64,000 bases of DNA from assembly GCA_002269645.1 (NCBI GenBank), contig NIVC01003789.1:1-64000 (forward strand). The letters run 5' to 3'. Below the pieces are notes generated by a model. That model saw only the letters and a program-made list of their open reading frames with translations. It did not search any database and was not told the origin of the DNA. Both the position numbers and the translations under genes were made by a program. Of this stretch, positions 36,849-53,627 are shown one piece after another. Numbering within the stretch: position 1 is the first letter of the stretch; every line of letters starts with the position of its first letter. Origin of the DNA: Macrostomum lignano. Lineage: Eukaryota.

Positions 36849-37734
36849 TATACTTTTGCCAGCCATTTGGGCGCCACCGCTCCGCTGGCTACAACTACAA
36901 CCCTTGACCCCTTCACTATATTTTGTTGATTTGATTGTTACTGTAAAGCTCTGCTCTAAAATTACTCAAGTTCAACTGCAGTTCTGTTCTGAAGTTTCTA
37001 AAGTTGGCTTCTGAAGTTCTTTTCTCAAGCTCCTGAATATTTTCAAGGCATGGGACCGCGGCAGTCGAGTCTTAACTGCACTCGGATTGATGGCATTGTG
37101 GCTGCACAACAGACGCGGATCTGTGGAGTGACCGCACAGAGCCTTCAACAGCAGCGGCAACCGCGGGGCCTCGGTCAGCAGCGGGTAGATCCCATCCCTG
37201 ATAGATGACTTTCCCGGCACATACAGATTGCGATAAGGCTGAAATTGATGCCGGCAGATCTGGGAGCAGCAGCTATGGTGGAGGCGGGTTCGCGCCCAAT
37301 GTTATTTATTATCAATATAAATATTATCTGTTTTCCCTTATATCCCCGACACCTCGCCCGGGCACACCTTGATATCCCATTCCTTAATGAAGATTTCCCC
37401 CGCCCAGTTTATGATCCTCCATCATTTACCCCCTCCCCATCTCCAGTAACATCCGCGCCGCCTGACTTGGGCAGCGTTTCTGTTCGCTTTGTTTAACTGA
37501 TATTCCAGATTTGTTATAATATTTGTGCTTTTCTTAATCGGAAAAGCTAAAAAAGAGATTTCTGACTGCCTGATTTTCCTTTTGTCTCAATGGGACTCCT
37601 GTATATGTTCTTCAAGTACTGCGCACCCCTGTTCGGCATAACCTGTGCATGTACACTCAGATCGATGTCCTGTCGATCCTGTCGATAACTGTACGAGCTT
37701 TTATAATGCAGACATGCGGTGTTTGCCGGTAGAT

Positions 37735-39995
37735 TCTCACACAAATCTACTGTATGCCTGTAGATATTCACACGAATCTACTGTATGCCTGTAGATTCTC
37801 ACACGAATCTACTGTATGCCTGTAGATTCTCACACGAATCTACTGTATGCCTGTAGATTCTCACACGAATCTACTGTATGCCTGTCGATTATCACACAAA
37901 TCTACTGTATGCCTGTAGATCTTCACACAAATCTACTGTATGTCTGTAGATTCTCACACAAATCTACTGTATGCCTGTAGATTCTCACACGAATCTACTG
38001 TATGCCTGTAGATTCTCACACGAATCTACTGTATGCCTGTCGATTATCACACAAATCTACTGTATGCCTGTAGATCTTCACACGAATCTACTGTATGCCT
38101 GTCGATTATCACACAAATCTACTGTATGCCTGTAGATTATCACACAAATCTACTGTATGCCTGTAGATTCTCACACGAATCTACTGTATGCCTGTCGATT
38201 ATCACACAAATCTACTGTATGCCTGTAGATCTTCACACGAATCTACTGTATGCCTGTCGATTATCACACAAATCTACTGTATGCCTGTAGATCTTCACAC
38301 GAATCTACTGTATGCCTGTAGATTATCACACAAATCTACTGTATGCCTGTAGATTATCACACAAATCTACTGTATGCCTGTAGATTCTCACACGAATCTA
38401 CTGTATGCCTGTCGATTATCACACAAATCTACTGTATGCCTGTAGATCTTCACACAAATCTACTGTATGTCTGTAGATTCTCACACGAATCTACTGTATG
38501 CCTGTAGATTCTCACACGAATCTACTGTATGCCTGTCGATTATCACACAAATCTACTGTATGCCTGTAGATCTTCACACGAATCTACTGTATGCCTGTCG
38601 ATTATCACACAAATCTACTGTATGCCTGTAGATCTTCACACGAATCTACTGTATGCCTGTCGATTATCACACAAATCTACTGTATGCCTGTAGATTATCA
38701 CACAAATCTACTGTATGCCTGTAGATTCTCACACGAATCTACTGTATGCCTGTCGATTATCACACAAATCTACTGTATGCCTGTAGATCTTCACACAAAT
38801 CTACTGTATGTCTGTAGATTCTCACACGAATCTACTGTATGCCTGTCGATTATCACACAAATCTACTGTATGCCTGAAGATTCTCACACGAATCTACTGT
38901 ATGCCTGTCGATCTTCACACGAATCTACTGTATGCCTGTCGATTATCACACAAATCTACTGTATGCCTGTAGATCTTCACACGAATCTACTGTATGCCTG
39001 TCGATTATCACACAAATCTACTGTATGCCTGTAGATCTTCACACGAATCTACTGTATGCCTGTCGATTATCACACAAATCTACTGTATGCCTGAAGATTC
39101 TCACACGAATCTACTGTATGCCTGTCGATTATCACACAAATCTACTGTATGCCTGTAGATTATCACACAAATCTACTGTATGCCTGTAGATTCTCACACG
39201 AATCTACTGTATGCCTGTCGATTATCACACAAATCTACTGTATGCCTGTAGATCTTCACACAAATCTACTGTATGTCTGTAGATTCTCACACGAATCTAC
39301 TGTATGCCTGTCGATTATCACACAAATCTACTGTATGCCTGAAGATTCTCACACGAATCTACTGTATGCCTGTCGATTATCACACGAATCTACTGTATGC
39401 CTGTCGATTATCACACGAATCTACTGTATGCCTGTAGATTCTTACACAAATCTACTGTATGCCTGTAGATATTCACAAAAATCTACTGTATGCCTGTAGA
39501 TATTCACACAAATCTACTGTATGTCTGTAGATTCTCACACGAATCTACTGTATGCCTGTCGATTATCACACAAATCTACTGTATGCCTGAAGATTCTCAC
39601 ACGAATCTACTGTATGCCTGTCGATTATCACACGAATCTACTGTATGCCTGTCGATTATCACACAAATCTACTGTATGCCTGAAGATTCTCACACGAATC
39701 TACTGTATGCCTGTCGATTATCACACAAATCTACTGTATGCCTGTCGATTATCACACAAATCTACTGTATGCCTGTAGATTCTCACACGAATCTACTGTA
39801 TGCCTGTAGATTCTCACACAAATCTACTGTATGCCTGTAGATATTCACAAAAATCTACTGTATGCCTGTAGATATTCACACAAATCTACTGTATGCCTGT
39901 AGATATTCACACAAATCTACTGTATGTCTGTAGATTCTCACAAAATCTACTGTATGCCTGTAGATTTTTACTCAAATCTACTGTATGCCTGTAGA
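37735..39995. repeat. 31-bp satellite (atctactgtatgcctgtagattctcacacga), ~70 copies
   Basis: Period of 31 bp with a few interleaved variants; ends just upstream of the forkhead gene. Confidence 0.95.
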
Positions 39996-40276
39996 CTGTA
40001 AATTCTAAAACAGTGATTCAACATGTAATTGGTTTTGTTATTGCTGTGGAATCATCCGAGGGCCAGCCTGAAAGTTGGCCCTCAAAGAAATCCCCAGACC
40101 GCACGCCAGTCCCAGAGATTCCAGCCGCACCGCATTGGCTCGCTTGGCCCACCGTTGCCCCCACCTGCAATTTCAGCTCCTCTGCTCCATATTCAGTTAG
40201 CAAATGGGAAAAAATCCCCCTACTGCAGGAGAGCGGACAAGACATCTCGCAGTTTTCACCCACAGCCGGCTCAGCC

Positions 40277-44153
<3,877 letters not shown>

Positions 44154-44231
44154 ACTCGATTCGAAATTCGCCTACTTCTAAACACACTACTGCTATATTG
44201 CTTTGTTCAGTTGCACCGTTTGCTTCGGTTA

Positions 44232-44479
44232 TATCTGTGCCCAGGTGTCTTCCAGCCTTTGTCAGCTAGCTGACCCGCATTATGTGCTGCTCATCTGTGC
44301 CCAGGTGTCTTCCAGCCTTTGTCAGCTAGCTGACCCGCATTATGTGCTGCTCATCTGTGCCCAGGTGTCTTCCAGCCTTTGTCAGCTAGCTGACCCGCAT
44401 TATGTGCTGCTCATCTGTGCCCAGGTGTCTTCCAGCCTTTGTCAGCTAGCTGACCCGCATTATGTGCTGCTCATCTGTG
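44232..44479. repeat. 60-bp tandem repeat, ~4 copies
   Basis: Identical successive 60-base lines at 44281, 44341 and 44401. Confidence 0.95.
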
Positions 44480-44569
44480 CTCCTTGCTCCACTGCAGCCG
44501 CTTGGGTATATCTACTCACTCTGTCTGTATATTCTTTCCTGTATAGTCTCAGACTCCCCTTCTTTTCTC

Positions 44570-44820
44570 TCCGCCTCTCTCTCTCTCTGTTTCTCTCTGC
44601 TTTGCTCTCTTCTCTGCCTCTCTCCCTCCTCTCTGCCTCTCTCCCTCCTCTCTGTTTCTCTCCCTCCTCTCTGCTTCTCTCCCTCCTCTCTGCCTCTCTC
44701 CCTCCTCTCTGCCTCTCTCCCTCCTCTCTGCTTCTCTCCCTCCTCTCTGCCTCTCTCCCTCCTCTCTGTTTCTCTCCCTCCTCTCTGTTTCTCTCCCTCC
44801 TCTCTGCCTCTCTCTCCTTT
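44570..44820. repeat. CT-rich low-complexity repeat
   Basis: ctctccctcctctctg variants. Confidence 0.9.
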
Positions 44821-45761
44821 CCGCCTACTAGATTTTGATTCTGTGTACGAAAAAAAATAAAATAAACGAAACAAGAAATGCATGTATTTATAGCCTCGCT
44901 AAATAAAAAACTCTATTTATTAATTGGAAAAGGGCAATCAACTTCTTGATTCAATATCACCACATGTCAACTCAGTCGTACGAGTATGACATAAAAATTA
45001 AATAGCAGTACGTAAATTATAACAAAGACCAAATTAAACTTTCTGTTTATCCATTTAGAATGAAAATAACAATTATTTGTACAACATTTTAGTCGAAAAC
45101 AAATAAAATTTTGTTATTTCCGAAAAAATACCAAATTACCAAATTTAGATTTAGTATTTCAATAAATTAAGCTCAGTGGCGCTAAAAATACAGCGCCATA
45201 ATTATAAACTTGCAGTTGCATGCATTCTATGAAATAACTACTTCTTCATTCTGAATTTTGAGCAGTGCTCTTACAATTTGTGTGAAATTAAATAATAACA
45301 CAACTAACCAATACATTGTAGACTCACTATTAAGCTTTCGCTGAAGAAAACTGTATTGTTGAAAAGTTGGGAGCAGGGCCGGGAGGGAGAGAAGCGGCCG
45401 CCGGTCACCCGCAGCTGAAACCTTAGTGTATAAAAATCGAGTTAAATTGCTTTCCATTTGATCAGCTGGCATCGAGTCAATACTGCAGAGTCAACAAGCA
45501 CACTGTGTGGAGTCACCGACTGGGGCCACTTGTTGGCCAAATTCCATTGCCGTTTTTAGGTCAATTTTTATCCCTACAATGGGTGCTTAATGTGTCTGTT
45601 AATGGAACTAATTTATTTTAATTGGAAGTCCGTTTCAAGGTCATTTTGGGCGGTTAATCTAGGGCTGAATTTGTTTTAATTCGTCAAGACTTTAGTTAAT
45701 TTTCGCGCTCGTGTAAAACTTTGTCCGTCAAAAAAACTTAGCGCAACTAACTTAAAACTTA

Positions 45762-46545
45762 GTTGGCACTCCCCTGTCTAGAAGTTGGCACTCCCTGTCT
45801 AGAAGTTGGCACTCCCCTGTCTAGAAGTTGGCACTCCTCTGTCTAGAAGTTGGCACTCCCCTGTCTAGAAGTTGGCACTCCCTGTCTAGAAGTTGGCACT
45901 CCCCTGTCTAGAAGTTGGCACTCCTCTGTCTAGAAGTTGGCACTCCCCTGTCTAGAAGTTGGCACTCCCTGTCTAGAAGTTGGCACTCCCCTGTCTAGAA
46001 GTTGGCACTCCCCTGTCTAGAAGTTGGCACTCCCTGTCTAGAAGTTGGCAATCCCCTGTCTAGAAGTTGGCACTCCCCTGTCTAGAAGTTGGCACTCCCC
46101 TGTCTAGAAGTTGGCACTCCCCTGTCTAGAAGTTGGCACTCCCCTGTCTAGAAGTTGGCAATCCCCTGTCTAGAAGTTGGCACTCCCCTGTCTAGAAGTT
46201 GGCACTCCCCTGTCTAGAAGTTGGCACTCCCCTGTCTAGAAGTTGGCAATCCCCTGTCTAGAAGTTGGCACTCCCCTGTCTAGAAGTTAGCACTCCCCTG
46301 TCTAGAAGTTAGCAATCCCCTGTCTAGAAGTTGGCACTCCCCTGTCTAGAAGTTGGCACTCCCCTGTCTAGAAGTTAGCAATCCCCTGTCTAGAAGTTGG
46401 CACTCCCCTGTCTAGAAGTTGGCAATCCCCTGTCTAGAAGTTGGCAATCCCCTGTCTAGAAGTTAGCAATCCCCTGTCTAGAAGTTAGCAATCCCCTGTC
46501 TAGAAGTTAGCAATCCCCTGTCTAGAAGTTAGCAATCCCCTGTCG
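45762..46545. repeat. 22-bp minisatellite (ctagaagttggcactcccctgt)
   Basis: About 35 copies with a gradient of variants. Confidence 0.95.
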
Positions 46546-49500
46546 AGAACTGGGCAATTCCCCATCCATAGAATTTTGTTGCTCCCCTTGGCTTGAAGTA
46601 GAAATTTGTAGTCCTAAATTTACAAAATAAGGGGTTAAAAATTAAACTGCGACACTTCGATCACATAGGAATTCACCGGAAGTGCAAATTTAATAGGGTT
46701 ATAGCCATGTATCGCATCAGTGGAACTGCAAGTACGCTCGTAAGTGATTATTTTATCAGACAAGTTAAATTTAAACCCCGGAAATTCCTCTAGTCTAAAT
46801 GCAATAAGGTTTCGTTCCGCATTGAGAGATTATTGCAGCAACTACGCAGTTACGAACTAAATAAAAAAATCGAGGGAATTTAGAAAATTCAGCAAAGCTT
46901 TGTTAGTTCCGGATTTATTATAATTTGAAAATTAATCCGGCTTATTATTTGTTGCGTTTTAACTGGCCTGTTCAAAATTTTCCGCTGCAAGCTTTGCGTT
47001 GAGTTTAGCTACCATTACGGATTGTCAGCGTTTCTCTCCTGATAGTAATTTTTACTTGAATTTTATTTAATAGGCGAAACTAAATTTGCTTTAACTTTCC
47101 ATTTTCATGCGTTCCAATTCCCATTCAACTCAAGCCAATAATTGATTAATAATAAGCTTTTAGCAAAGAAGCATATTTTATAAAGCACATTCACGACAAT
47201 AACTACTGGAAGTAGTGCCTCTTAATCTTGATAGCTCATCGGGAGGCAATGCAAATTCGCAATCGGAAGTGTTTCACAAAAACTGGTTGCAAATTGCAGT
47301 CAGAAATTTTCAGGCAAGCGCTAGAAAAGTCTTATCTGGGCTTGGCTGCTGTGGCTGGTTATGCTATGCTGGTTTTGTTTACCACTTCGAGTTTTAGTGA
47401 AGGCCCATTCTATTTCCATTCCAATGGGGGCCAGACAAATAATTACAAATCAGCTGGCTCGGGGTGTGAAAAAACAAGAGTAAGAAGCTCTTAATTTAAG
47501 TTTTATTGTTGAGCCCTCTCACTCGCTTTATCGATTAAATTTCACCCAAAGCCAAACCGTGTTGTTTAAATTAACCCCGTCCGCTTCTTTGATTGGCTGT
47601 GATCCGTCGGGGCCGTCTGCAGGGGTTGGGGCTTGGGGTTGACTGAATTGGGGGTCTGGTCTGTTTAGATAATAAAGCCCCACCCGACTCTCGGAGCGCA
47701 GCCTGAGAAATCGAGTTTCTATTGAAACTTAGGCCGTGTTCTTCCGATAGGTAAGTATCTTACTACTACTATTATTTAGTATTAGTATGTTTGAGCTGCG
47801 CAAATTATTCGTAATTTCCGCGTACGAGAACGAGCTATATTTAAATTTAATATGAGCTACTTTTCAAGTTCAGAAAAAACAATACTGGCTTGAGCTTATA
47901 CAATCTTTCGTTAAATTATTTTTCTGCTTCAATTCGATTCTTTCTATTTGTAGAATAGTAGAGTGAAGTCTAAAATATGAAACGAGTGAACGAATTAACA
48001 CTTAAGCATGCACCAGCAGCTAAATTGTTTGTTATAGTCCAGTCACCACATCATCCCGGCTCGAGGATAGACTACATGTACTATTTGAATTGAACGTTAA
48101 ACGGGGGGTAAATGGGTAGTTCTCAAATCTTGGCTGGAATTTATGAAAAAAAATATATACAGCATAAAATATTACTTTTTTGGCTTTAAAATTTTCATTT
48201 CTGGCACCACAACAGATATAGGTTTATTAAACCACAAAATCCTTGAATATTCAATAAAAAGGCGTGTTTGTTTATTTTACTGTTAAGACTTAAGGGTCTA
48301 TAAACGACTATGTCGTTGTTTTAGAATATCTGATTAAATTGCATATAAAACATTAAAAAGTAATATATCTGTCCATTTATTTTTTTTCAAGTTACAAAGG
48401 TAAACAACTTTAATAGTTGTATTCGCTTTTGTTTTACTATTTAAAAATAGTTACACCACACGTTTTTAACTTCGAAGAAAAAAATTCTTTTACATCAGTC
48501 TTGTTAACCTGTTTGTCTTCAAGTTCTTAAAAATTCAGAATATGTAAATGAAACAAGAATGGATGTAAATGAAATGAATGGAACAAGTCGATATAAAATT
48601 GGAAATTTTTTGTATGCAAATAATTAAAAAAATTTCTTTGAAGTTCAACCATTTGCCATTTAGTTTTAATAAGCTAAATTTAAAGATGAAAAATTAACAA
48701 ACATCAGTGGAAAGAATCTTATTTGTAAAATGAAGCACATATTCAAATCCAATTCCTTGATACAAAAGTATGAAACAAACCACTGATTTGAAAGTACCTA
48801 TTAGGACTTCGACACTTCTGAGAAGTCTGTGCATAGCTTCAATAGACATTGAATATTCATATATATATTATTTAGATACTTCAAAAAGACATTAAAAGTA
48901 CTTCGTTAGCTTATTTAATATGGAGCTAATATAATGAGCTTTATTTCACTTCAGATTTGAAGACAGGTTTTAAAGAGAATCCAGAAAATTAAGTTTACTT
49001 CAGCATCAATAATACACTATATGAATTGATTGACTGTCCTTCAAAAGACCTGCACGAGATCCAGGAATCGATCCACTCTATGCATAGAAGACTACAGTAG
49101 CTATTTTGATTATATGCTATAAATTATGTTTTAAGTATTGTGTGTTTTTGACTCTACATTGTTTTAGATTTTTTTACGTGAGAATTTGGCATTTGGGGCA
49201 TCTCGCGTAGTGAAGCCGGTCATCTTGGATAACTTATAAACTGTACATGAAGCACTGTAGGGTCTTAGAACTGTTTGATGCCTACACCCCCAAAATTTTT
49301 GCCGTAGTTATAGATAGGAGTTTCTTTGGGTGCTTCCTTGTAGCCGTGACTTTCTTTAGCATGGATCTGTAAACACTAAGGGGGCGCGTGCTTTAGCATG
49401 TGGACCTTGACCTCACTGCAATGGCATATCCATAGAGGGTTAAGGAGGTCAGCTGTGGTCACAACAGACGGCCGGCTGACTGGGATCTACCGGTATAACC

Positions 49501-50427
49501 CAATACCAGACTTAGTTTTTTGTGAGACCGTAAGCGCTGAGCTTCTGTACTGCCCCGACTGGAGGACAAACTGACTGACTGCAGACTGGTTGAAGACAAT
49601 TTCTTTCCCTCCTCTTCACCCCTTGTCTGCTCTGATCTTTCATGTACATCGCATTGCTGTCACATTGATTCCAAAATCGTTTTTCTCCCCACCCGCCCAT
49701 GCATGTTATCCAGTTCGGTGCGGTTTTCAAGTACCGGAAGAGATTAAGACCTTTCCGATTACAGTTAGTGTGTGATGCATAAAGTTTTAAAAATTTACGT
49801 GTGGTGTCTTCATTAAAAACCAAGTGGTGTCTTTCAAGCCCAAGTCAAAGAAAAACTGCCTAATAACCTAAGTCACTGGATCGATGCTTCGCTCGTAATA
49901 AAATAAATAGCATTGAAAACTAAAAATTGATTCCCATGTGAGTTGAGTTCGTTAATATTCAAAGTTCCCTCATCTCAGCCTGTGTGATGTCGAAGGCGCA
50001 ATCAGGTGAGCAATAATAGTTTTGTGGCAGGTTGCTATTTGGTGGAAAGCCAGCACATTCACAATGATGCCAAGCATCACAGCCATCACATTGAATCCAC
50101 TGGATTCTCGAACTTGCAGGTTGAATACAGATGGTAGAACTGCAGCGCTCGACATCAGCCCCCGACTTACTATGATCACGACCTCGTTCTCGACCCCTGA
50201 CACGTTTTCCAGTTGAACACCCTGCAGCACCAACTGCATCTTTCACCGACAGCACTGTCTGTCTCGGCATCGGTGGCAAAGCCAGTGGTTGCCACAGCTT
50301 TGCGTTGTGGCACCGACAGCAATCAGTAGCTTCTGTGCAGAGACAGGCCAGCTCCCGATACAAGATGCCGTTTTCATCAACTCGGCAGACGTGGTGGCAG
50401 TTGGCAATGCCCGGCATCGTAGACAGG

Positions 50428-51990
50428 TGTAGAAAAAATACTAAACTAAAGACTAGAGAGTTACTTGGAGTTAAATTGAATCTAAGATAAGCCAGTAAGT
50501 GGGCGCAGGGCCCAAACAAGTATATTTATACCAGACATTAACTTAGGGGGTTTAAATTGCAGATAATAAAGAGAGGGGGTGGAGTGCGCGACTGAGGAAA
50601 GAGGCGAGAACGGAGAGCCAATCAGAACGCAGCAAGGGAGAGAGAGAGATAAGAATAACAAGATTGAGCTGGACAGAGAAGAGAGAAAACAGAGTAAACA
50701 GAGACAAGTGAAGGTGAACTAAGAAATGACTAGGAAAGTCGCGACACTCCCCCCAAAAAATGGAACATTTTTTGAATTTTCGAGTACCAATAGAATTATG
50801 AATTAGAGTTCAAGAAACAACTTTAAAACAAATTTAACAATGGTGTACGAGCTACAAATACGACTAAGAATTTCAATACAAAAACTGTGGAGACTAGAGT
50901 GAATGCAAAATTGACCAAGAAATTTCACGTGTGCGATTTTAATGAATAAATTTTTACGAGTATAACCAATGAAAAAACTGACTGCATCTACCCTCCCCCC
51001 TAAAAAATTATTTTAATTTTTTACATTGTGAAAGAAAAAATTGAATGACGAATTAACGAGGCGATCCGGCAGGCGATGAGCGAAGAGACGATCCGGCAGG
51101 CGAGCCCTGAGGCGCCCCTGCCGAGAATTTGAACCGAGAGAGACCGAGGACACCGCAGGACGCACCCCCGGCAGACGATGAGTGAAGAGAGTCGAGACGA
51201 TCCGGCAGGCGAGCCCAGCGGCGCCCCGGCCGAGAATTTGAAACCGAGAGAGACCGAGGACACCGCAGGACGCACCCCCGGCAGACGAAGAGCGAAGAGA
51301 CGATCCGGCAGGCGAGCCCCGAGGCGCCCCGGCCGAGAATTTGAAACCGAGAGAGACCGAGGACACCGCAGGACGCACCCCCGGCAGACGATGAGCGAAG
51401 AGACGATCCGGCAGGCGAGCCCTGAGGCGCCCCGGCCGAGAATTTGAACCGAGAGAGACCGAGGACACCGCAGGACGCACCCCCGGCAGACGAAGAGCGA
51501 AGAGACGATCCGGCAGGCGAGCCCTGAGGCGCCCCGGCCGAGAATTTTAAACTTAGATTTTTATTGAGTAGTTTTTGAACCAATGAGAAGACTGAAAAGA
51601 CTGAATATATCCACCCTCCCCCCTAAAAATTTAGTAATTTTTAACTGATGACAACTGGTACATGTACAGTACAGAAAAAATACTAAACTAAAGACTAGAG
51701 AGTTACTTGGAGTTAAACTGAATCTAAGATTAGCCAGTAAGTGGGCGCAGGGCCCAAACAAGTATATTTATACCAGACATTAACTTGGGGGGGTTTGAAT
51801 TGCAGATAATAAAGAGAGGGGGTGGAGTGCGCGACTGAGGAAAGAGGCGAGAACGGAGAGCCAATCAGAAGGCAGCAAGGGAGAGAGAGAGATGAGAATA
51901 ACAAGATTGAGCTGGACAGAGAAGAGAGAAAACAGAGTAAACAGAGACAAGTGAAGGTGAACTAAAGAAATGACTAGGAAAGTCGCGACA
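50428..51990 (-). mobile_element. Small non-autonomous LTR retroelement (TRIM-like, ~1.56 kb)
   Basis: ~320-bp direct repeats 50428-50746 and ~51663-51990 with TG...CA ends; 5-bp TSD ACAGG (50423-50427, 51991-51995); GGGGGGAG PPT (minus, 50754-50747); no coding capacity. Confidence 0.85.
51062..51545. repeat. ~103-bp GC-rich tandem repeat inside the LTR element
   Basis: gacgatccggcagg recurs at 51087, 51196, 51299, 51402 and 51504. Confidence 0.9.
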
Positions 51991-52622
51991 ACAGGTTCAC
52001 CATCTGCAGCACATTTCCAAACTCTTCGATGTCACTGGTTGTAACCTCGAAAAGCAAAATCTTCTTCTCTTCGTCACTGCCACCGATCATCATCGCCTCC
52101 ATCATGTCCTGCACCGTGACCACCTGCCTCTGCTCACCTGTGGACACCCGGTTGTCGCACCGCCGCTTAATGGCCGCTCCCACACCGTCAGCAGCACCCT
52201 TGCCATGGCCAGCTTCGGTAAAGATCCACTGCCAGCGATGGATGCCGATTCGCCGCAACAGTCGATCAAACAAAAAAATTGTCTATACACTTGTTAAAGC
52301 CGTGTATAATCGGACAGACACAGTGTATTTGCGGAGTTAGGCAACTGTACTGGCCTAACTTTATGATGTTCATTAAAAACAATAAACAGTGTGTATAAGC
52401 GGGCAGTGTATATATAAAGGTGTATAGAGAGGGTAAGATAAATATACTGGCCTGTTTAGCTTCTGACATTAATCCTAAAGAATAGTAAATTGTAAAAATA
52501 GGGATGCAGCAAACAACAACAGATAAAACAACGATTGGTTAGCTAGTAGATAATGAAACCATTTTATATACTTGAACAAGCGAAGCGGAAACATTAATAA
52601 TAAATATATATAAATATGATTG

Positions 52623-52803
52623 ACACAGGTAGCACTATTTCGAAATTATGTTAGGCAATTTTCCCTAAAAGATAAAACACGGACGGCGGCGGCGGCGGCA
52701 GCAGCCAGCCATATCATAGAAACAATTGCAGAGTTTTCATTCCAATTAATATAATTTAATAGGAAATGTGCCTAGAACAATTCCGAAATAGTGCTACCTA
52801 TGT
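52623..52803. mobile_element. Short inverted-repeat (MITE-like) element
   Basis: acacaggtagcactatttcgaaattatgttaggcaattttcc is an imperfect reverse complement of ggaaatgtgcctagaacaattccgaaatagtgctacctatgt. Confidence 0.55.
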
Positions 52804-53112
52804 ACATGAATAAGCACAAGTAACTCGTACACGCAATTTAATGTAATACATAGATGGAATAATTGCTAGCAAGCAAGCACTCGAAATTGTGCTTGGCACT
52901 TTCGAGTCAGCTATTTCTTTTCATATCTGAGTGCTATAATACACCAATGCTAGTATTTTAGTTCGTTAACATTTGGCTTACAGGCTAGCGAAGGGGTCGC
53001 GCTGCGGACTGATTAGTAGGTACTCAATCAAAAGTAGCTAGTATCTATATGGCATATAGAGCTAATATATAAACAGTTCCCTATGCCGCTACATGCACAA
53101 AGTAGCTATGTC

Positions 53113-53601
53113 TCAAACAGAAGCTGGCGTGCACAATTTAACTCTCTTACGGCCGCTGCATCTGACTCTGACGTCAGACGTCGCTGCAGTAGCCGCCATG
53201 CTGCTCTCCGCCGCGTCATCATAGTCGTTGTCGTCCAGTCGCATCAAGGTGCACGTCGCGTTGGCCGCAGCTTTCCGTTTAGATGTGAGTTGCGGCGGCA
53301 TCACTAGCGCCTTTCGTTTAGTGGCCTCCTGGAGCTGTCGCTCTGTTGACGTAATCGGCTGCGATGGGCTGTAAGCCGCCGCCGTCGCCACCACTGCCGG
53401 CGCTATTTTTCGCTGCCGTCTTTCCCGGCTTTGCTGCTGCCAAGGTTCAGCAGCATTCGGCGGCGCCTCGTCCACAGCCGCTGGCGCCGCAGCCGATGCT
53501 ACCGATGTTGAGGCCCGCTGCTCAATCATACCCTGGACGACGGCTTGCATGTCGGAGCGAGATGCCAACAGAGCGTTCGACGCGTAGTGCCGCATGATCA
53601 T
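53113..53601 (-). CDS. Orphan ORF (MIMRHYASNALL..., 162 aa)
   Basis: Open GC-rich frame. The ATG at 53631 in the ORF track lies inside the LINE 3' end, so 53601 is the likely native start. Confidence 0.45.
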   Translation of the reverse strand: MIMRHYASNALLASRSDMQAVVQGMIEQRASTSVASAAAPAAVDEAPPNAAEPWQQQSRERRQRKIAPAVVATAAAYSPSQPITSTERQLQEATKRKALVMPPQLTSKRKAAANATCTLMRLDDNDYDDAAESSMAATAATSDVRVRCSGRKRVKLCTPASV

Positions 53602-53627
53602 TGCCGGCGATGTCTCATACAGTGACG

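Larger units (their letters stand above)
35900..37220 (-). pseudogene. Fragmented non-LTR retrotransposon RT relic
   Basis: Minus strand GKSSIRDGIYPLLTEA (37220 region) precedes TFKEAKIV..SSFRPAIL (~36100), matching the KSPGPDG..EAxV..YRPISL order of LINE RTs; interrupted by repeats and a MITE. Confidence 0.4.
49959..52273 (-). pseudogene. DNA-transposase-like C-terminal ORF with PHD finger, split by an LTR insertion (segments 52273-51991 and 50422-49959)
   Basis: WIFTEAGHGKGAADGVGAAIKR; removing 50428-51990 and one TSD joins VLQMVNL to STMPGIANCHHV in frame; C-terminal CSSTIC..WIQCDGCDAWHHCEC..YYCSPDC (PHD-like). Confidence 0.7.

Noticed and set aside
47560-47760. CCAAT-like motif and strong donor (GATAG|GTAAGT), suggesting a non-coding first exon
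   Set aside because: No downstream exon identified; such motifs arise by chance.
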